A stretch of 63,600 bases of DNA, the filler included, from Octopus bimaculoides (lineage: Eukaryota): the NCBI RefSeq assembly GCF_001194135.2. It is 6 parts of 6 records of this genome, joined end to end, with 100 filler letters (N's around TTAATTAATTAA, not from the genome) between each part and the next. Parts side by side here need not be neighbours in the genome. Positions count along the whole stretch, not along the records: positions 55,602 to 61,676 come from NC_069001.1; positions 61,777 to 63,600 come from NW_026401175.1; 4 more parts are not named here. One strand, 5' to 3'. Both the position numbers and the translations under genes were made by a program. Below the pieces are notes generated by a model, which saw nothing but the letters and a program-made list of their open reading frames with translations, was not told where the DNA came from and searched no databases. Shown here piece by piece: positions 60,574 to 63,600 of this stretch. Numbering within the stretch: position 1 is the first letter of the stretch; every line of letters begins with the position of its first letter.

Positions 60574-61427
60574 NNNNNNNNNNNNNNNNNNNNNNNNNNN
60601 NNNNNNNNNNNNNNNNNNNNNNNNNNNNNNNNNNNNNNNNNNNNNNNNNNNNNNNNNNNNNNNNNNNNNNNNNNNNNNNNNNNNNNNNNNNNNNNNNNNN
60701 NNNNNNNNNNNNNNNNNNNNNNNNNNNNNNNNNNNNNNNNNNNNNNNNNNNNNNNNNNNNNNNNNNNNNNNNNNNNNNNNNNNNNNNNNNNNNNNNNNNN
60801 NNNNNNNNNNNNNNNNNNNNNNNNNNNNNNNNNNNNNNNNNNNNNNNNNNNNNNNNNNNNNNNNTCTCTCTCTCTCTCTTTCTCTCACTCTAAAAGAACA
60901 CTTACACACACACACACGTTTCAGATATACCTATTTTTCTGACATCTCCGTTCAGATATAACTGTACAAATTTCTTTCACATAAGTAGAGACAACTGACA
61001 GTGAAGTCATACGTACACAGACACACATTTTCAGCGAAACGAAAATCATTGAGACACCAACAAAAAGACAGCCTTGCACTGCATTCTTGTGATATAGCAT
61101 CGGAATTTCAGCAAAAACTCCGACATCGTTCAGCATTTGTAAATCCATTTCACTATTATATATATATATGTTCACACCTCATTTGTACGTTCATTTCACT
61201 ACAGCTTACTGATATTCCTTATTAAAAAAACATTTCTCATTCCCTTAAGCTATTCGACCATATGCTATACTTATTTTCCTTGCATTACTGCAACATAGCC
61301 TTCACTCTTACTGATATCTTTGAAAAGCATCACCACGTATGCATGAAACAACACAAGAAACTGCAAACAGACTTGCAGATAACCAACAAAAAATGATATT
61401 CAACTTTCTTCTAATTCAATTATTACA

Positions 61428-61594
61428 CGGGCGCAGGAGTGGCTGTGTGGTAAGTAGCTTGCTTACCAACCACATGGTTCCGGGTTCAGTCCCACTGCGT
61501 GGCACCTCTGGCAAGTGTCTTCTACTATAGCCTCGGGCCGACCAAAGCCTTGTCAGTGGATTTGGTAGACGGAAACTGAAAGAAGCCTGTCGTA

Positions 61595-61637
<43 letters not shown>

Positions 61638-61676
61638 GTGTGTCTGTGTTTGTCCCCCCAACATCCCTTGACAACC
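61428..61676 (+). mobile_element. SINE family A, 5' half (runs into a gap)
   Basis: GGCGCAGGAGTGGCTGTGTGGTAAGTAGC.. nearly identical to the 38004 copy. Confidence 0.9.
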
Positions 61677-61776
61677 NNNNNNNNNNNNNNNNNNNNNNNN
61701 NNNNNNNNNNNNNNNNNNNNTTAATTAATTAANNNNNNNNNNNNNNNNNNNNNNNNNNNNNNNNNNNNNNNNNNNN

Positions 61777-61815
<39 letters not shown>

Positions 61816-63229
61816 TGTGTGCACGTGTCTGAATATGTATATATATGTGAGTAATTACAGTGCTTATTTGACTGTGTATATGCATATGCGGTTGACTATG
61901 TATGCATGTTCCAGGCACAAAAAGTATTGCCAGTGAGTGCTAAGCTTATATTCCTTGATAGACGGATACATAGGGGGGAAGCTGTGGAGAGAAGGAAACG
62001 GGTAGGTTAGTAGGTAGGTGAATGGGTGCATCGGCCTTTAGGAATAAAAAAAAGACTTAAATGGTTAAAAACTGAAGAACCTCACCTATTGACAAAATGC
62101 TTCAATTTCTTTAAAAGTTGTGCAAGGCAAAAAAGATTTTGGCTGTGTGGTTACGAAGCTTGTTTAAGACCACATAATCATTCTTTATTTTGTTGACCCA
62201 GAAGAGATAAAATGCAAAGATGACTTCAGAAAGGATTTGTACTCAGAACTTAAACAGTTGGAAGAAATGGTGCTAAGCATTTTGTCTAATGTATTAACAA
62301 TTCTGCCAGCTTGCTTTCTTATTTATCCACACCACAAAGATTTGAAAAATCATTTGCTTACAAAAGGGGTTTATGCAGTCATAGGTTGATTTGAGGAAGA
62401 CATGGGTGTTATATTTAGCAAGATGTGCAAATACTTAGTGGATCCGTAGTTCTAAACCAATGAGAAACAAAATATTACTGAGGAAAAAAACTAAGTAAAA
62501 AAAAAAAAAAAATTGTTGCTTTCAGACAAAAACCCTTGTCATATTTGTTCAACCCAAGTTGCATAGAAATTCCCTTGTCATTGTTATAGATACAACAAAC
62601 CATTGATTGGCCTGTCAGAAACCAGTAACCAATAACACTATTGTTCACACAATAGAAATGACACAAAGTAAATAAATAAATAAAATAAATAAATAAACAA
62701 ATAAATAAATATGGTTGGTTGGTTTGTTGGTTGGTTGGTTTGTCAGTCAGTCGGTCGGTTGGTCTTTCGTAAGAATAAAAGTTCAAAGGTTAACATTGAA
62801 CATTTTTCTCTTTTGAGGAAGTTCTTCAGTTCTTGAAAAGACGAATATATTTCTGCAGGAGTTTTCTATTGTTTAGCCCCGAGTCAACCCTGATCGATCT
62901 GAACTATGATCAAAAGAATTCTAGTCATGATCATCTTGTTATTTAAAAAATTTTTCCCTTTTATTTTTTTCTTTTCTTTTCCTATTTTTTTTGTTTCGCA
63001 GACACTTTATTTCTAACAACATTTATCTCAGATATCTAGGGGTTTTATTTTGCTTTTCTTTTTGTTGTTTTTCTAAATTTAAAGCACTGAAATGTAATCT
63101 CAGAAAAAAAATGATATTCAACTGGTGTTTTTAGCAGGTCAAATGATCGCCAAGAAACTTTGTAAACTCAGATGTCATCATTGTCGTCGTCATCTTCATC
63201 ATTATCACTATCATCATCCTCCTCACCAC

Positions 63230-63420
63230 CGCCACTACCACCATCACCAACGTCCACTTTCCCATGCTTGCATTGGTCAAATGGCGTTTATTGAGGCAAA
63301 TTCTCTACAGCCAAATGCCCTTCCAATCACTAACCCCTTAAATGTTACCAAGCAAGGTGATGTTTTCCCACTGTGGTTAGACAAAAATGGTTTCACAGAA
63401 TATTAGAAATGAATGACAAC
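63230..63420 (-). mobile_element. RTE-like 3' end (antisense)
   Basis: (CAT/CAC)n-AACGTCCACTTTCCCATGCTTGCATTGG..TTCTCTACAGCCAAATGCCCTTCC. Confidence 0.6.
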
Positions 63421-63479
63421 ATTCCCTCACAACATTACACAATGTCAGGACAAAGAAACAAATAGAAACATTCTTTTTC

Positions 63480-63600
63480 TTTTCTTTCATTTGTTTCAGT
63501 CATGCTGGAGCAACACCTTTAATCAAGCAAATTGACACCAGTACTTACTTTTTGTAAGCCTAGTACTTATTCTATTGGTCTCTCTTGCCAAACCACTAAG
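63480..63600 (-). mobile_element. SINE family A, 3' end (antisense, truncated by the window edge)
   Basis: TTGTTTCAGTCATGCTGGAGCAACACC..GTAAGCCTAGTACTTATTCTATTGGTCTC. Confidence 0.75.

Overview
Repeat-dominated, AT-rich eukaryotic (animal) genomic DNA with many N-gaps and very dense microsatellites. The tRNA-derived SINE families and mariner/RTE remnants look like those of octopus or a related cephalopod; this is an inference from recalled repeat families and was not verified. I found no convincing host protein-coding gene, rRNA, true tRNA gene or CRISPR array, and most ORF-track entries are translated microsatellites. The window is a layered transposon landscape. It holds remnants of at least four distinct R4/Dong-like (RLE endonuclease) non-LTR lineages, each abutting simple repeats. 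It also holds a CR1/L2-like LINE RT fragment, a Penelope-like RT fragment, several mariner/Tc1 remnants, several MITE types, a Helentron/DINE-like element, RTE 3' ends and four tRNA-SINE families. The most notable signal is a 46-nt minimal type I hammerhead-ribozyme motif (minus strand, 48248-48293). It has a CCGAUGA (U4C) core and a palindromic stem III, and sits inside a 68-bp near-perfect inverted repeat. Other highlights are a three-layer nested insertion with readable TSDs (18565-19660), a decayed ~220-bp tandem array with TTAA/CCC..GGG junctions, and an isolated LTR-like core promoter (E-box, TATA, Inr at +30). Element boundaries were read by eye and are approximate unless a TSD or TIR is given.
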